Source of the DNA: Eutreptiella sp. 'Long Island Sound 2002'
Lineage: Eukaryota > Protista > Euglenida
Direction of reading: 5' to 3'
DNA: 64,000 nt
Assembly (NCBI GenBank): GCA_964036045.1
Contig: OZ038378.1
Coordinates: 42,780,001-42,844,000 of the forward strand
Below the pieces are notes generated by a model, which had not been told where the DNA came from, did not search any database, and saw nothing but the letters and a program-made list of their open reading frames with translations. Position numbers and translations under genes: made by a program. Shown one piece after another: positions 36,500 to 49,600 of this stretch. Every line of letters begins with the position of its first letter. The first letter of the stretch is position 1.

Positions 36500-39400
36500 T
36501 TCCTCTTCAGCAGTTTCTTCTTTTCTGCGCAGGTTCCTCCTCCTCTTCCTCCTCCTCTTCTTCTTCCTCCGCTTCTTCCTCCTTTCTTTTGCGTGCCTTG
36601 CTTGCCTGCTTGGTCTGTTGCCTCCTTGGTTGCCCAGGCGCCCGCACGCCGACGACCGCGTCACTCTCAATCTCCCTGACGATCAGCACCAGCCACCAAG
36701 TCTTCGCCACCAGATCCTCCTTGCGGGTCTTGCTCCTGCTCCACTGCCGACTTGGGTGCGCCAAGCCCAGCAACTCCTGCGCTCGCGAGGTACTGCAGTA
36801 CCTCAACTCCATGTCCGGGGCGCCGGGCAGCAGCACCGGTTCAGGGCCGGCCGCCACGCTCCTCATCACGTCGGGGGCCCGTCAACTGCGCCTCGGCCAC
36901 AGCCGCCATCATCGCCTCCTTGCTCATCGCTGTGTACCCGCACGGCCGCGGTCCTTCTTGCAGGGTGGTCTCTGCGGTGCTGACAATCTGGGGGCGCTTG
37001 GGGACGTACTTGCCCCGTCTCTTCGACTGCGGCCGCACCTTGATCTGGCTCCATCCCTGCAGTCATTCCTGCGTGGAACGCTGTTCCAGCGTGGAACGCT
37101 GTTCTTCCCGGTGCTGCTGTGTCATGGACTTGCCCTTGTCGAAGAGGTCGCCGTGATCGGGAATCTTTCACTCGTTTGTGGGCTTGTACACGAACTCGCT
37201 GGCGGCTTTGACCGCCAGGTACGAGCAGTTCTGCTTCTGGGCCACCTTCTGCAGACAGGGCTCCTGCACGGCATGCACAATGAATCCGGCTCGCTAGAAG
37301 CTCACTGCCAGGTCCTGCGGCGGCTGCAGGTGCAGCGGATCCACAATCCACGTCTCCCCGCCCTCCCGGTCCACAGGCACCACAAACGAGTGGCGGCTGG
37401 GCCGGGAGGGGCGGAGGGGCCATTCATCGCAGGGGTTGTGGTATGGCCGGTGCGCCTTGCAGGCAGCCAGTGCGCGCGCCTCATGGCCCCTTGCAGCTTG
37501 TGCAGCGACCGCCTCCTTTCCACATACTCGGCCAGGGCGGTGTTGGAACTTTGCAGCTGCCTGTTCCTCTGCGCGCCCGATCGGGCGCGCACGTTGGCGA
37601 CCCGGTCGACCCACCTTGTGGCCAGCGTCACCGCTTGCTCCCGTTCTGATTCCCAGATCCGTGCCATCCACTGCATCTTATCCTTTGCTGCTTGCCTCTT
37701 GTACCGCCGTTTCAGGCCTTGGAGGAGCTTCTTGTCCTCCGCCTTTCTTGCTTCCCTCTCTCTCTCTTTGCTCATTCTCTCTCTCTATCTGTCTTCGTAC
37801 GGCGTCTTGTTGCGGGTCTGGCCTGTATGTTCGTACTGGGCTGGCAATTGTGTCCGACTCCTCCGACTCCAGCGGATTGTCCGTGTTCGAGTCCGCCACG
37901 AGTGGTTGGCCCACATATGAGCGGGGTGAATTCTTCATGGCGGGTTCCTCCCTCCGCGCCCCTGGTGGGGGTCCTTGTGTGCTCCAAAGCTTTTGCGTTG
38001 ATATTCCGGATCCTTCCATTGCCTTCTCTCCTGATGGCTGATCCGCGGCATGTCTCTTCTTTGGTTGTTGTTCCTGTTCTTGCGGCTCGTCCGCAGCATG
38101 TTCCTTCTCCGCCTGCGCTGCCTCTGCCGCTGCCTTTGGTGCACTCTCGCTGCCTCTGGTGTAGACTCTCCTATTCCTCTAGCCATTCCTCTATCGGTAT
38201 AAACTCGCTGGTATCCCAGGCCGCGGTCATGGTTCCTTGGATGTAATAATACGCACATGGTGTCTTCTCATTCGTTGCTCTATCCTTTCGTGTTGTGACA
38301 GTAAAATGGACGGGCTTACCCTCTTTGGTCACCATCCTTGCCGCTTCCGTTGCGGCAGTACGGTATTCTTTCCTGTACTCCCTCCTCCACTCCCTGTCTT
38401 GCCAACTCCGTCCAACTAGGGCAATTCCACATTACCTGGGGACAATCCAGCCGCTCGGATCCGATGGTGGTGGGCTGGCTTCCTTGTAGGCTACCCTTTC
38501 AACATCCGTAAGCTCGGCAATTTCACCCTCTGAGAACTCGGCGCAGTGTCCAGCTGAAGAGGAATCATCCGACTCTGCACCCCAGCCAGGTATGGAAACC
38601 CCGGCTTGCAACCACTCCTCTGCAGGCTGTTGTGCTACCTTCTTTTTTGCCTCCCGTGGCGCTAGCAGCTTTGCCTCCTTTGTTCCTGGTGCCTCTGCTG
38701 GATGCTTTGGTGCCTTATGGGGCGCTTGCGGCTTTGCTTTCTTTGTTGGTCCTGCCTCTGCTGGCTGCTTTGCTGGCTGCTTTGCTGCCTCCCTCGGCGC
38801 TTGCGACTTTGCTTCCTTTGGTACTGTTGCCTCTACTGGCTGCTTTGCTGCCTCCTTCGGCACTTGCGGCTTTGCTTCCTTAGGCGCTGATGCCTCGGCT
38901 GGCTGCTTTGCGGCCTCCTTCGGCGCTTCGGGCTTTGCTTCTTTTGGCGCTCCTGCCTCTGCCGACTGCTTTGCTGACTCCTTTGGCGCTTGCGGCTTTG
39001 CCTCCTTTGGCACTAGGGCTGCCTCTGCTGCCTCTTTTGGTGCCTCCTATTGGGTTGCTTCTGCTGCTTGAGCTTCGGCCTCCCTTGGTTTCTTGGGTGC
39101 CTCTTCCGGTTGCAGCTTGGGGGCGATCCCCTCAACGCCCGGCAGGTCAGCAACACACGTGCCTGCACAAAAGCAAGCAAACAGGCCCAGGCGTGGAACT
39201 TGTCCCTCACAGTTCTCCGAGTGCCTGTCCCCAATGGTCCCAATTCCTTTTGCAGTGGTTGCGGCGCCCCCTGGGGGGCACATAATGCCCTCACTTCAAC
39301 CTCAACTCCCCATTAGCAGATCACAACACTTCAAATACCATCAATCAGCAGTGCACGGGTTGTGACTCTACCAAGGGGATGCATTGCGGGCAAAAGAAGG

Positions 39401-42400
39401 CCATAAACCCCCCAAAGCGTCGAACTTGCCCCTCACAGTTCTCCGAGTGCCCGTCCCCACTGGTCCTAATTGCTTTTGAAGTGGCTGCGGCGCCCCGTGG
39501 GGCCCACATAATGCCCTCACTTCAACCTGAACTCCCCATTAGCAGATCACAACACTTCAAATGCCATCAGTCAGCAGTGCAGGGGTTTTGACTCTACCAA
39601 GGGGATGCATTGCAGGCAAAAGGGGCCATAAACCCCCCAAAGCGTCGAACTTGCCCCTCAAAGTTGTCCGAGTGCCTATCCCCAATGGTCCCAATTCCTT
39701 TTGCAGTGGCTGCAGCGCCCCCTGGGGTACACATAATACCCTCACTTCAACCTTAACTCCCCATTAGCAGATCACAACACTTCAAATGCCATCAGTCAGC
39801 AGTGCAGGGGCTTTGACTCTACCAACTGGATGCCTAAACACCGCAAAGCGTCGAACTTGCCCCTCAAAGTTCTCCGAGTGCCCATCCCCAATGGTCCCAA
39901 TTCCTTTTGCAGTGGCTGCGGCGCCCCTTGGGGTGCAAATAATGCCCTCACTTCAACCTGAACTCCCCATTAGCAGATCACAACACTTCAAATGCCCTCA
40001 GTCAGCAAAGGAGGGGTTTTCACTCGACCGACTCGATGCATTGCAAGCAAAAAAAGGCCATAAACACCCCAAAGCGTCAAACTTGTCCCTCACAGTTCTC
40101 CGAGTGCCCGTCCCCAATGGTCCCAATTCCTTTTGCAAAGGCGGTGGCGCCCCCTGGGGTACACATAATGCCCTCATTTCAACCTAAACTCCCCATTAGC
40201 ATATCACAACACTTCAAATGCCATCAGACGGCAGTGCAGGGGTTTTGACTCTACCAAGGGGATGCATTGCGGGCAAAAGAAGGCCATAAACCCCCCGAAG
40301 CGTCGAACTTGCCCCTCACAGTTCTCCGAGTGCCTGTTCCCAATGGTCCCAATTCCTTTTGCAGTGGCGGCGGCCCCCCCTTGGGTACACATAATGCCCT
40401 CACTTCAACCTGAACTGCCCCTTAGCAGATCACAACACTTCAAATGCCATCAGTCAGCAGTGCAAGGGATTTGAGTCTACCAACTGGATGCATTGCAGGG
40501 AAAAGAAGGCCATAAACACCCCAAAGCGTCGACCTTGCCCCTCAAAGTTCTCCGAGTGCCTGTCCCCAATGGTCCCAATTCCTTTTGCAGTGGCGGCGGC
40601 GCCCCCTGGGGTACACATAATGCCCCCACTTCAACCTGAACTCCCCATTAGCAGATCACAACACTTCAAATGCCATCAGACGGCAGTGCAGGGGTTTTGA
40701 CTCTACCAAGGGGATGCATTGCAGGCAAAAGAAGGCCATAAACCCTCCAGAGCGTCGAATTTGCCCCTCACAGTTCTCCGAGTGCCCGTCCCCAATGGTC
40801 CCAATACCTTTTGCAGTGGCGGCGGCGCCCCCTGGGGTACACATAATGCCCTCACTTCAACCTGAACTGCCCATTAGCATATCACAACACTTCAAATGCC
40901 ATCAGACGGCAGTGCAGGGGTTTTGACTCTACCAAGGGGATGCATTGCAGTCAAAAGAAGGCCATAAACCCCCCAAAGCGTCGAACTTGCCCCTCAAAGT
41001 TCTCCGAGTGCCTATTCCCAATGGTCCCAATTGCTTTTGCAGTGGCGGCGGCGCCCACTGGGGTACACATAATGCCCTCACTTCAACCTGAAATGCCCAT
41101 TAGCATATCACAACACTTCAAATGCCATCAGACGGCAGTGCAGGGGTTTTGACTCTACCAAGGGGATGCATTGCAGGCAAAAGAAGGCCACAAACCCCCC
41201 AAAGCGTCAAACTTGCCGCTCACATTTCTCCCTGTGCCTATTCCCAATGGTCCCAATTCCATTTGCAGTGGCGGCGGCGCCCCCTTGGGTACACATAATG
41301 CCCTTACTTCAACCTGAACTGCCCATTAGCAGATCACAACACTTCAAATGCCATCAGTCAGCAAAGGAGGGGTTTTGAGTCTACCAACTGGATGCATTGC
41401 AGGCAAAAGAAGGCCATAAACCCCCCAAAGCGTCAAAGTTGTCCCTCAAAGTTCTCCGAGTGCCCATCCCCAATGGTCCCAATTCCTTTTGCAATGGCGG
41501 CGGCGCCCCCTGGGGTACACATAATCCCTCACTTCAGCCTGAACTGCCCATTAGCATATCACAACACTTGAAATGTCATTAGTTAGCAGTGCAGGCGTTT
41601 TCACTCTACCAACTGGATGCATCGCAGGCAAAAGAAGGCCATAAACCCCCCAAAGCGTCGTACTTGTCCCTCACAGCTCTCCGAGTGCCCGTCCCCAATA
41701 GTCCCAATTCCTTTTGCCATGGCTGAGGCGCCCACTGGGGTGTACAAAATGGTGTGATATATCCATGACTTACCTGTTGGCCGGGCACATCTCGTCAAGT
41801 ACCATCAGTCAGCAGTGCACGGGTTTTCAGTTCTGTCAGGCTGGTTGGTGGTGCTGAAAAACACAGTAAAGATCCGCTTCCTCAGCCGTTGCCGAAGAAC
41901 TAGAAATTGGAACGTCTCGTCGAAGTCCGGGATTGCTGCGCACGGAGCAATGACCCAAATTGGGGCCTCTGCGGTGGGGGGGGGCGGACTGAGAGATTCG
42001 CTGTTGGGGGGCTTGCAGAGGGAGCAACGAACCAAACTGTGGGGTGGGGCACGGCCGTTTTGGACCGGGAGCCAGTGGGAGCAGTGAGGAACGGCGGTGC
42101 CTGCTATACTGGGTCAGGGTCACCTGATCACTCGCTGGAGGGGGCGGTGGCCGATGTGGCAGAGGTCGTGGGGGCGGCTTGGGTATACGGGGGTGTTTTG
42201 GGGCAGCACAGGGGATTTCAAGCACCATTGCTGCATGCTCCTCGTCCTTGCTAAGAAAATGCGAACGGCTAATTCGCATTCCCTTCTGCCACACCCGCAA
42301 GGGGTTTTTCTTGGGCTGCTGAACCGCAACCCGATACATCGCTCGGCGCTTCAGCACCCCGTATAAAATACTGAACCCCACCCCCGCGATTGTCCCGGAT

Positions 42401-42420
42401 GATCTACAATGTTTTGGCAC
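36500..42420 (-). pseudogene. Decayed spliced gene with Ala/Lys/Pro/Glu repeats, a charged coiled region and a Ulp1-like (C48) cysteine-protease region; probably TE-borne
   Basis: Long frames broken by TAA/TAG/TGA and slippage. (PKEAKPQAPKEAAKQPAEA)n at 38620-39060. HSFVVPVDREGGETWIVDPL...QKVAQKQNCSYLA (37190-37420) gives H, D and Q-C in Ulp1-like spacing. Phase-compatible intron 41773 (GTAAGT) to 39163 (pyrimidine tract plus CAG). Confidence 0.5.
39190..41740. repeat. Satellite array, 226-bp unit, about 11 copies (one with a ~21-bp deletion)
   Basis: ATGCATTGC recurs at 39379, 39606, 40036, 40262, 40488, 40714, 40940, 41166 and 41392. It produces the repeated 70-aa ORFs in the track. Confidence 0.96.
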
Positions 42421-43265
42421 TGTAGGGCCCGTGAACAGTGGGTTTGGAGGGGGTGGGGGGGTCTTTGGGTACGGACTTGGGGGGTTGTGGGGGGGATGGT
42501 GGTGGCACGGCAGTGGACATCATGGCCTCCTCCACGGCTTCCAAGGTTACCTGGTATGAAGTTGATGAAACGTGGGGTCTGGGCAGAGGACTTACTGTCG
42601 TCGGAAAGGTTGTTGGTGCGCGGCTAGATGAAGGGGGTGAGGGGGGCGGTGTCACCCATGGAGGCTAGGGCGGGGCCATTTCGCTGAGACACCTCTCAGC
42701 ATCCGAGTCCCACGGCGGCGATGGGGGTTGGTCTCCAAACCGCAGGAGCTCCGGCACATCCCCCCAGCCGCATTCCTCGTGCCAGAAGGAAGGGCTAGAG
42801 GGGACTAAAGAGGCCAAGCTAAGGGGGCTAGACGACATGGCGAGCTGAAAAGAGAGGGTCACGGGTGACAGACGCCTACTTGGCTGGCCGGCGGCGTGGG
42901 GGTGGGGGAGCACACGTGGGTGCGGGTGGGGGGCGACCCCGACTACTAGGACTAGACAATGAGATAGTAGACCGAGGCGGCGACGGTTCCCTTCGGCTGG
43001 GGGAGGCTTGGAAAAGATTGATACTTCCCCCTAATGGCGCAGCAGAGGACTGGGACGCCTTTAGGTAAGTGCGTTCACCCCCCCCCCTGAGGCAGACCCA
43101 TCGGACGACCCCTCAAAGGAGGAGGATTCTGAGGACGAGGAGTCGCCCGGCACGAAGCCCTGATCCTCTGCCTCTGCCCGCCTCACGTCCCTTCGACCTT
43201 GGTCCAATCGAGCTGATTGTCCTGGGGGAGGGGGAGGGGGCCTTTTGGGACAATAAGAGAAAAAA

Positions 43266-46200
43266 CTAGTGGACGCAACCGGAAAGGAAGCAGAAGCGCA
43301 AAAAAAAATGCGCACTGCGCTCCGCGATGCCCTGCAAGTTGACACACGGGAAAGGGGGGAGGAGGGGGGGACCGTCCCTGCGCCGCCCAGGCGGCGGGTT
43401 GAGGAGGACCATTCTGAGGCCTCGGCAGCCCTTCAGAGGGGATAGCTCCTCCGAGCCACAGCCCCATTGCGCGGTGCGCTCGTCAAGCAGCTGGTGGTCC
43501 GCGTGTTGCTGCTCACAGTGGCGGCGCATGTTGTGCCGCCATTGCCAGCCGCACCCCTGGACGGGGCACTCAACAGGCAGTGGCTGCACACCTGGCTTGC
43601 ATGCTGCCCGCATGCTGACCTTCCAAAAAAATCCGTTTGCACAAAAAACGGGCTGCGCATGTGCCCCCCCCCCCCCCTTTACGCGGCGCATACGGAGGAC
43701 ACAGCCGGTTTTCCCGCAAAATCCACGGCAAGGGGGGTGGAGTTTTGCCGAGTGCACGTGGAACGCAATGTCAATCCAAATCCTCCCCAGCGGTACCGTC
43801 TTCCCACAACCTAGCACGCAGCACACAACCTCGAGATCCCGCCTACAGACCATTGCAGGCAGCAGCGTAACCCCCTCATAGGCAACAGCCTGCCTGGGCA
43901 CCAATGGTGCTGCTTGTGTTTTGGGGGTTAGCTGCTGCGCAAAGCTATCGAGGTACCCCGCTTGCAAAACCCACACCAAATCACATGCAGTATATTCCAC
44001 CTGCATCAGTTTGCCCATCGCCCCCTCCCATACCAACATCCCATCCCCCTCCCTACAAAAAAAATCTCTGCGGCATCCCTATCACGAACGCCGCGCCCGT
44101 TGCAAGCTCCTGATGCGAGGGGTCAGTGACACTCCAAGCCCCAATGAGTGCAGAGGAAAACATGAGCAAAAAGAGCGCACTTTGTGGTGGTTGCCCTGGC
44201 AGGTTCAAAATTGCCACAAACGGGCAGCCCTTCCACAACTGAGCCGGGCTCATTGTGGGCTCCGGGACCCCTCTGACAGCCGGGATGCCGGCAGTCCTCG
44301 CAAGGCGGCCAGCCGACCGCCGGACATGCTTCCCGTTGATGCGCAGATTTTACCGCACTCATAATATGCATGTCGCGCCCCTGATACACTATACGCCCCC
44401 CTTGAGCTTCCCAAAAAAGCTCAGCATGTGTATCCACATCGAACTCTATTCCCCCACCCCCACTATCCCCTAGAGTCATCCATACATGATTGGGGTCAAC
44501 ATGCAAAAGGCCCTCCCCGAACGGTTCAAAAAAGTTACGCTCCTTAGGGTTAGGGTACGATGCACCGGGCCACCACAAACGGACAAAATCCAAAGCCTTG
44601 TCGGCAGCCCTTTGACACACCGAGGGCAGGTCTACCCGGCTGATATCCATGTCCGCCGTGTAGTGGCGCGGCCGCGCGCGGTCAATGGAGGAATAGCGAG
44701 ACCGCTTCTGCTGCCAGGTCGGGTGGCGGCTCTGGATTGTGGCTACAACCATTGCAGCCGACAACCGTACTGCCACCTCAGCCACCGAGCAGTTGCGGTC
44801 GATCACCATTGTCCTCACAAGGCAAAAGCCGTCCTTTGCCCTCTGTTGCCACACAGACATGCGAAAATTTTTTGTGCCCCATGCCCGTTTTTAGCGAGCC
44901 ACTGCAAAAAGGCGGCAATCACCAGGAACGCCTGGATTGTGCGAACGAAATGCAAGTACGAGCAATCCCGGTATGGTTGACACCGAATGTGGATGAGATA
45001 AATGATGTATCCAGCTTCGGCGATGTTTTCCACGGCTACCGTTGGCGGCGGCTCTGTGTTATAAACCCCCCCTATGAATTTTTCTAGTGCCGTACCCAAA
45101 ACAACGGCATCGCCAACAGCATGGACCAGAGGGGGCGGCAGGTTCAGGTTGTTGGGGGCTGCGCGGCCTATAGCAGCCATGCATTTTAGGAGGTCAAACG
45201 CCGGCTCAACTTCTTGTTTGTCCTGTGGCAGGTGGGGCAAGGCAGGCCTGGGGTCGTCATAATGGTTATGCAGCCACACCATTGGACAACTCACCCCACA
45301 AAACAAGGGAAGTACCCCCCAACATGTGGGACACCCGTTTCATCAAGTGGGGGGAGTCGAAATTCCCACACATTGTGAACTCATCCGTTTGGAATGGAAT
45401 GTGTGGAATCTCAAGCATCCACCGGAGGGTGCTAGCACCGTTGGCATACAGTGCCAGTTGCATCTCACGGGACCGCCGTGCATCACCTTCCGTATCTGCG
45501 GACAGGAGAAAACCGTGGCGGTCCAGAAATGCAGCATTGCCGCATAGCTCAGCCATGTGTTTCCGAACAGCATGGCAATGCTCTGCCTTGAACCTGCCGC
45601 AGGTGGGGATGACCCACACAGGGCTGGCAGAGTACCCCTCCTCTGTATGAGGAGCAACAAACACCACCGTCGCCTGGTTGGCGGCGTGGTATGTATCTGG
45701 ATCCTGCTGCAGCCACTGTGCCAGAGCCTCCACGTCAGCACCACTAGCCAACGGCATGGGGTGCCAGCAACATGTAGCGCACAATCTGACTGTGACGGCC
45801 TCGCGAGAGACATTGATGAGGTCCTCCACATGGATTTCGTCGATGGATAGATGTGACACATGGGAACCCGGGATGTGGCCTAGGGCCTCCAGCAGCCACG
45901 GCAGACATGGCGCTTCGTTCAGACGAACACGGGGGGCTCCCGCGACGTGCCTTCGGCCCGTGTCGCAGCTAGGCAGGTACCCAGCGTTGTTCAGTGCTTG
46001 CAACAGCTTGGGCCCCACGACGCCCAGTGCGGCTAGCACGGCGCCATCCCTATCCTGGGCATCCCAGGATTGCACGCTCCAGGCATCGCACAGGTGCCCC
46101 AACACCTTGGCGGGAGCCCACCAAGCCTTCAAAAGCCGTGCTGCACGACGCCCAGCAAGCGGATGGTCGTCTTCCGCAATGGCACTAGCGAGCGCCTTGT

Positions 46201-46676
46201 AGGTCTCGCAACGCTGCCGGAACTGGTGCAAGCCTCCTGCAACTGGCCTAGGGTCTCCTTGGCAACTTACCCCCTGTGGTTGGCCTCGTTGAGGCGGCGG
46301 TCAAGACATGGGGCCCTTGCCGGCACAGGGGCTCTGCGTCCTTTGGATCAATGGCGGTGTTCATCCAGCTGTTGAGCCGAGCCGCATGCTTCCTGGATAG
46401 CAAATCCAGGCACGGCAGACAGGGGCCATAGCGGCCCGCTACCTCGTCCCAACGACCATATGTGCGGCAATCCAAAGCGAATAGCCCTCGGCGGTCGCAC
46501 AACTCCCAGGGCTGCTTCGCGTAGTTGCCCCGCATGATGGGTTGCATCCGCCGCAGCTGCTGCAGAGTGGGGGCCTGTCTAGGGAGAACCCAGGGACACT
46601 TGCGCTCGCGAAGAGGAATCGGAGGGTCAAGGGCAAGGTCCATCTCCATTGCAGAGTCTACATCCACATTTGGCAC
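43266..46676 (-). mobile_element. Decayed P-element/THAP9-like DDE transposase with C-terminal Zn-finger region
   Basis: HLSIDEIHVE, ANQATVVFV, SADTEGDARR, NFDSPHLMKRVSHML, then QQRAKDGFCLVRTMV..RLSAA..HPTW, in P-superfamily order. Downstream Cys/His motifs C..GCGK..H, CRGFCGKTGC and CPVQGCGWQWRHNMRRHCEQQH. Split by a few stops and frameshifts. TIRs not found. Confidence 0.65.
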
Positions 46677-49600
46677 CTAGAGAGTGGGCCCGAGCTCTGC
46701 TACAGCGGCTGCACCAGTGTCGGCCAATGTAGATGCGAGCCGGACACCCCCTAGGAGCTACGTGTGCTTTTCTACGCGGATGAGCATGCATAGGGGAGTG
46801 TCTGAGCTGACACTACCCTGAAAAAACTCCGGCATGATTTTGCCGTACTGCACCCAATCGGTGTGTTAGGTACCCGAGCAGTGGATGCTAAATGCCTTGC
46901 TCTCTGGGTTCTGCACTATGGGCAAGACCTGGCCACACGGGAACTGCCACTTCTTTGTCGGGATGTCGCGGTTGCGCCACCCTGTGGCAACATTAATGGG
47001 AGGAAAGAAGTGGGGAGATGCACACATATCAGCCATCGTGAGGAAGTGGAATATTTAACTGTATCTGCAACAAAAACGGGGAGGAGGGGGTCTAACGGCA
47101 AGGCTCGCATTGTCGCACTGTCCAGGAGCTCCCACGGGCCATGGGTACAACCACGTAGCACGGTCACACTCCAACAAAGAAGGAATCGGCACAACCAAGC
47201 TACGTTTGGGCAACTATTTTGCAGATGTGAAACCACAATCGATCCCTACCCTTGCCATTAACCACGTGTCTACCCAAAAAGCCCAAGTCCACTTCGGAAC
47301 GGACGAACAACGTATGAGCAAGACGCACAAGTGTGGACGGCGCCCCCGGGGGCCCCTGTTTGGGCAGCACGCCATGAAAAAAAGAAGAGCGTACTGCCCA
47401 AACAGGGGATCTGTGGATTGCACCATAGCTACACTGGCAGCTCTAAGCTTCCAAGCTTACGGAGAGTTACCCTGTTTCATGAACCGTCCACCAGGACCTC
47501 CAATGCCGCAATCACTCGGGGGCGATTAACTTTGCGCCACGAACATGAAGTTTCTCTACCATAACAGCGGTCCCCAAAACACCCCACCCAACCGGGAACT
47601 TTTTCAACTTTGGGTGTTTGTTCGACCGCGACACTTGTCCCCGCCCCCCCTACTGGGTTGAAATTTCGCCTGCCGGGGTGAATTTTTTCTCGCCCCCACC
47701 GCTGCATGCATCTGCACGTGCAACAGCAATGGGCGGATATTGATAGCGATTGGGCTAAAAGCCACGACGGCTCAATTACACGTGCACGGAGTGACCTGTT
47801 TTGTTGTTGTTTTGTGGGGGGACAGGGGGGGATGCTAGGTCTCAAACAATAAAATGAAAGCCTGTGTTCGTTAGAAGAAACTCGTTCACCCCTTGACTCA
47901 TGTTGTTGTGCCCCCAAAATCCACGGAAAAAAGCATACAAGCTGCATAGGAATTACCTCACGCGTGGAGGGGGGGGGGGGGGTGCAACTTGGGAAAATGT
48001 GGGAAAGCACTACCAAAATTGGCATGCAAATCCTGCTCCCGATTAACAACCATCACACAGGAGGCACGGAAGGGCGGTGGGGTTGATGCAAAATGATTTG
48101 GTCACAAATCCCCCACTTTGTTTCCGGCATTGTGAACACACATAAGTCCAAGCGGTAACATTCCATTCCCCATTCAACGTCCGTGTGCACCGTCATCTGC
48201 TCGCTTACCCCACCTTTGCCACAACCGTGCAAGCTGTTGAATGCCGGGTGCGCGTTTCCGGCCATGCCCGCAACACAAGTGCAAAGGAATCCGCGGGCTC
48301 AGCCGGCGGTTACACAAGTATTGTCCTGGTGCGCTTGTCATGCATCTCTCCAAACAGGACCCCCGCCCTCAGAGTCCATAGAACTCCCAACAATAGGAAC
48401 TAGGTGGGTTGAGTAGGGTGGGCAACTCATAGGTTAGAAAACCAAACACCAAGCAGCAAAATTCCCACAGGCCCCCCCCAAGAAAACAACTATTTAGCGA
48501 GAGCCAAACTGTCGTTTCCCATGCCAACAACACAAGCACAAAGGAATTCGTGGGATCAGCCGGCGGTATATATTGCCACCCCCCCACGATCCCTACGCCG
48601 TTGTGTGGGCATCCAGACAAAACCTGCGCACTCTTCTACAAGCCGTCGCACCCGCTTGGCCGCACCCTGACACGCCACCCAGGACATGCTAAACATACAG
48701 TATCAAACCCACCCAACGAGAAGGGTGCAAGGGTGATCCCCCCGAAGGGCCAGCTGTCGATGGATAAAAAATAGAAACAGGCGCCACAGGGGCACCGCAG
48801 GCCGTCACAACACGTAACAAGACAACGAGGGAGGAGCCAAACACACTCAGGCACCGAGCAATCGGTGGAACGAAAACCGTTCCGATTATTTCTCAGGGCC
48901 TCTCGGGTTCCCTACACCGTTGGCCCCCCAGGAGCTCCGATGCGGGAGAGAAGGAGACAATGAAGAACCTAGGATACGCCGTTGGTCAGGCAACGTCCAC
49001 GAACCCGCGGACCGGAGAATGGTGCTGCCTCCAATCCGACAGCACCGTACATATCACTCTCCACAACCTCTGGTCCCCCACCCTCCAGTGCGGCGAAGGA
49101 AACCCTTCAGCCACCATCACCCCTGGACGCGTGCCCCCTTTGCAGCAATACGTACTAAACTTTCCAAGCTCTCCCCACCCTCCCCAGGACCAACTTCACC
49201 GCCTCCCGAATGTCTCTCCCGGTCCTCGAATCACCAAGCCGAGAACAAAAAAAACAAATCCCCTACTGTTCAGTCCCACCACATACTTGGGCGCAACGGG
49301 CACAATACCCGCCACGTACCCCTCAACCGAGACCAACCGCCGATGCGGCTCGTGATCCCAACCCGGCATCTAAGTTCTTACCTGGCGGGCTGGGATCAGT
49401 CCCCCATTCCACAGCGGAGCGAGTAGCGAGTGCAGCAAGTACAAATCCGCCCCGTGGCTCCAATGCAACCTGCAACACCAACAGATGCTCGTCTCCCCCG
49501 GATATCTCCACCACAAGGCCTCTGAAAGGGCGGCAACAGAAATCTCTAGGTCATGGGGGGCATTATAAAAGTATGGGGGGTATTAAACATAGACGCCCTG

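Noticed and set aside
35890-37920. 676-aa plus-strand ORF (and the 531-aa ORF at 35084-36679)
   Set aside because: Leu/Ser/Pro-rich antisense and GC shadow of the charged minus-strand Ulp1-like ORF and low-complexity DNA; no domain motifs.
39379-41582. Repeated 60-70-aa ORFs as a peptide gene cluster
   Set aside because: Direct by-product of the 226-bp satellite period.
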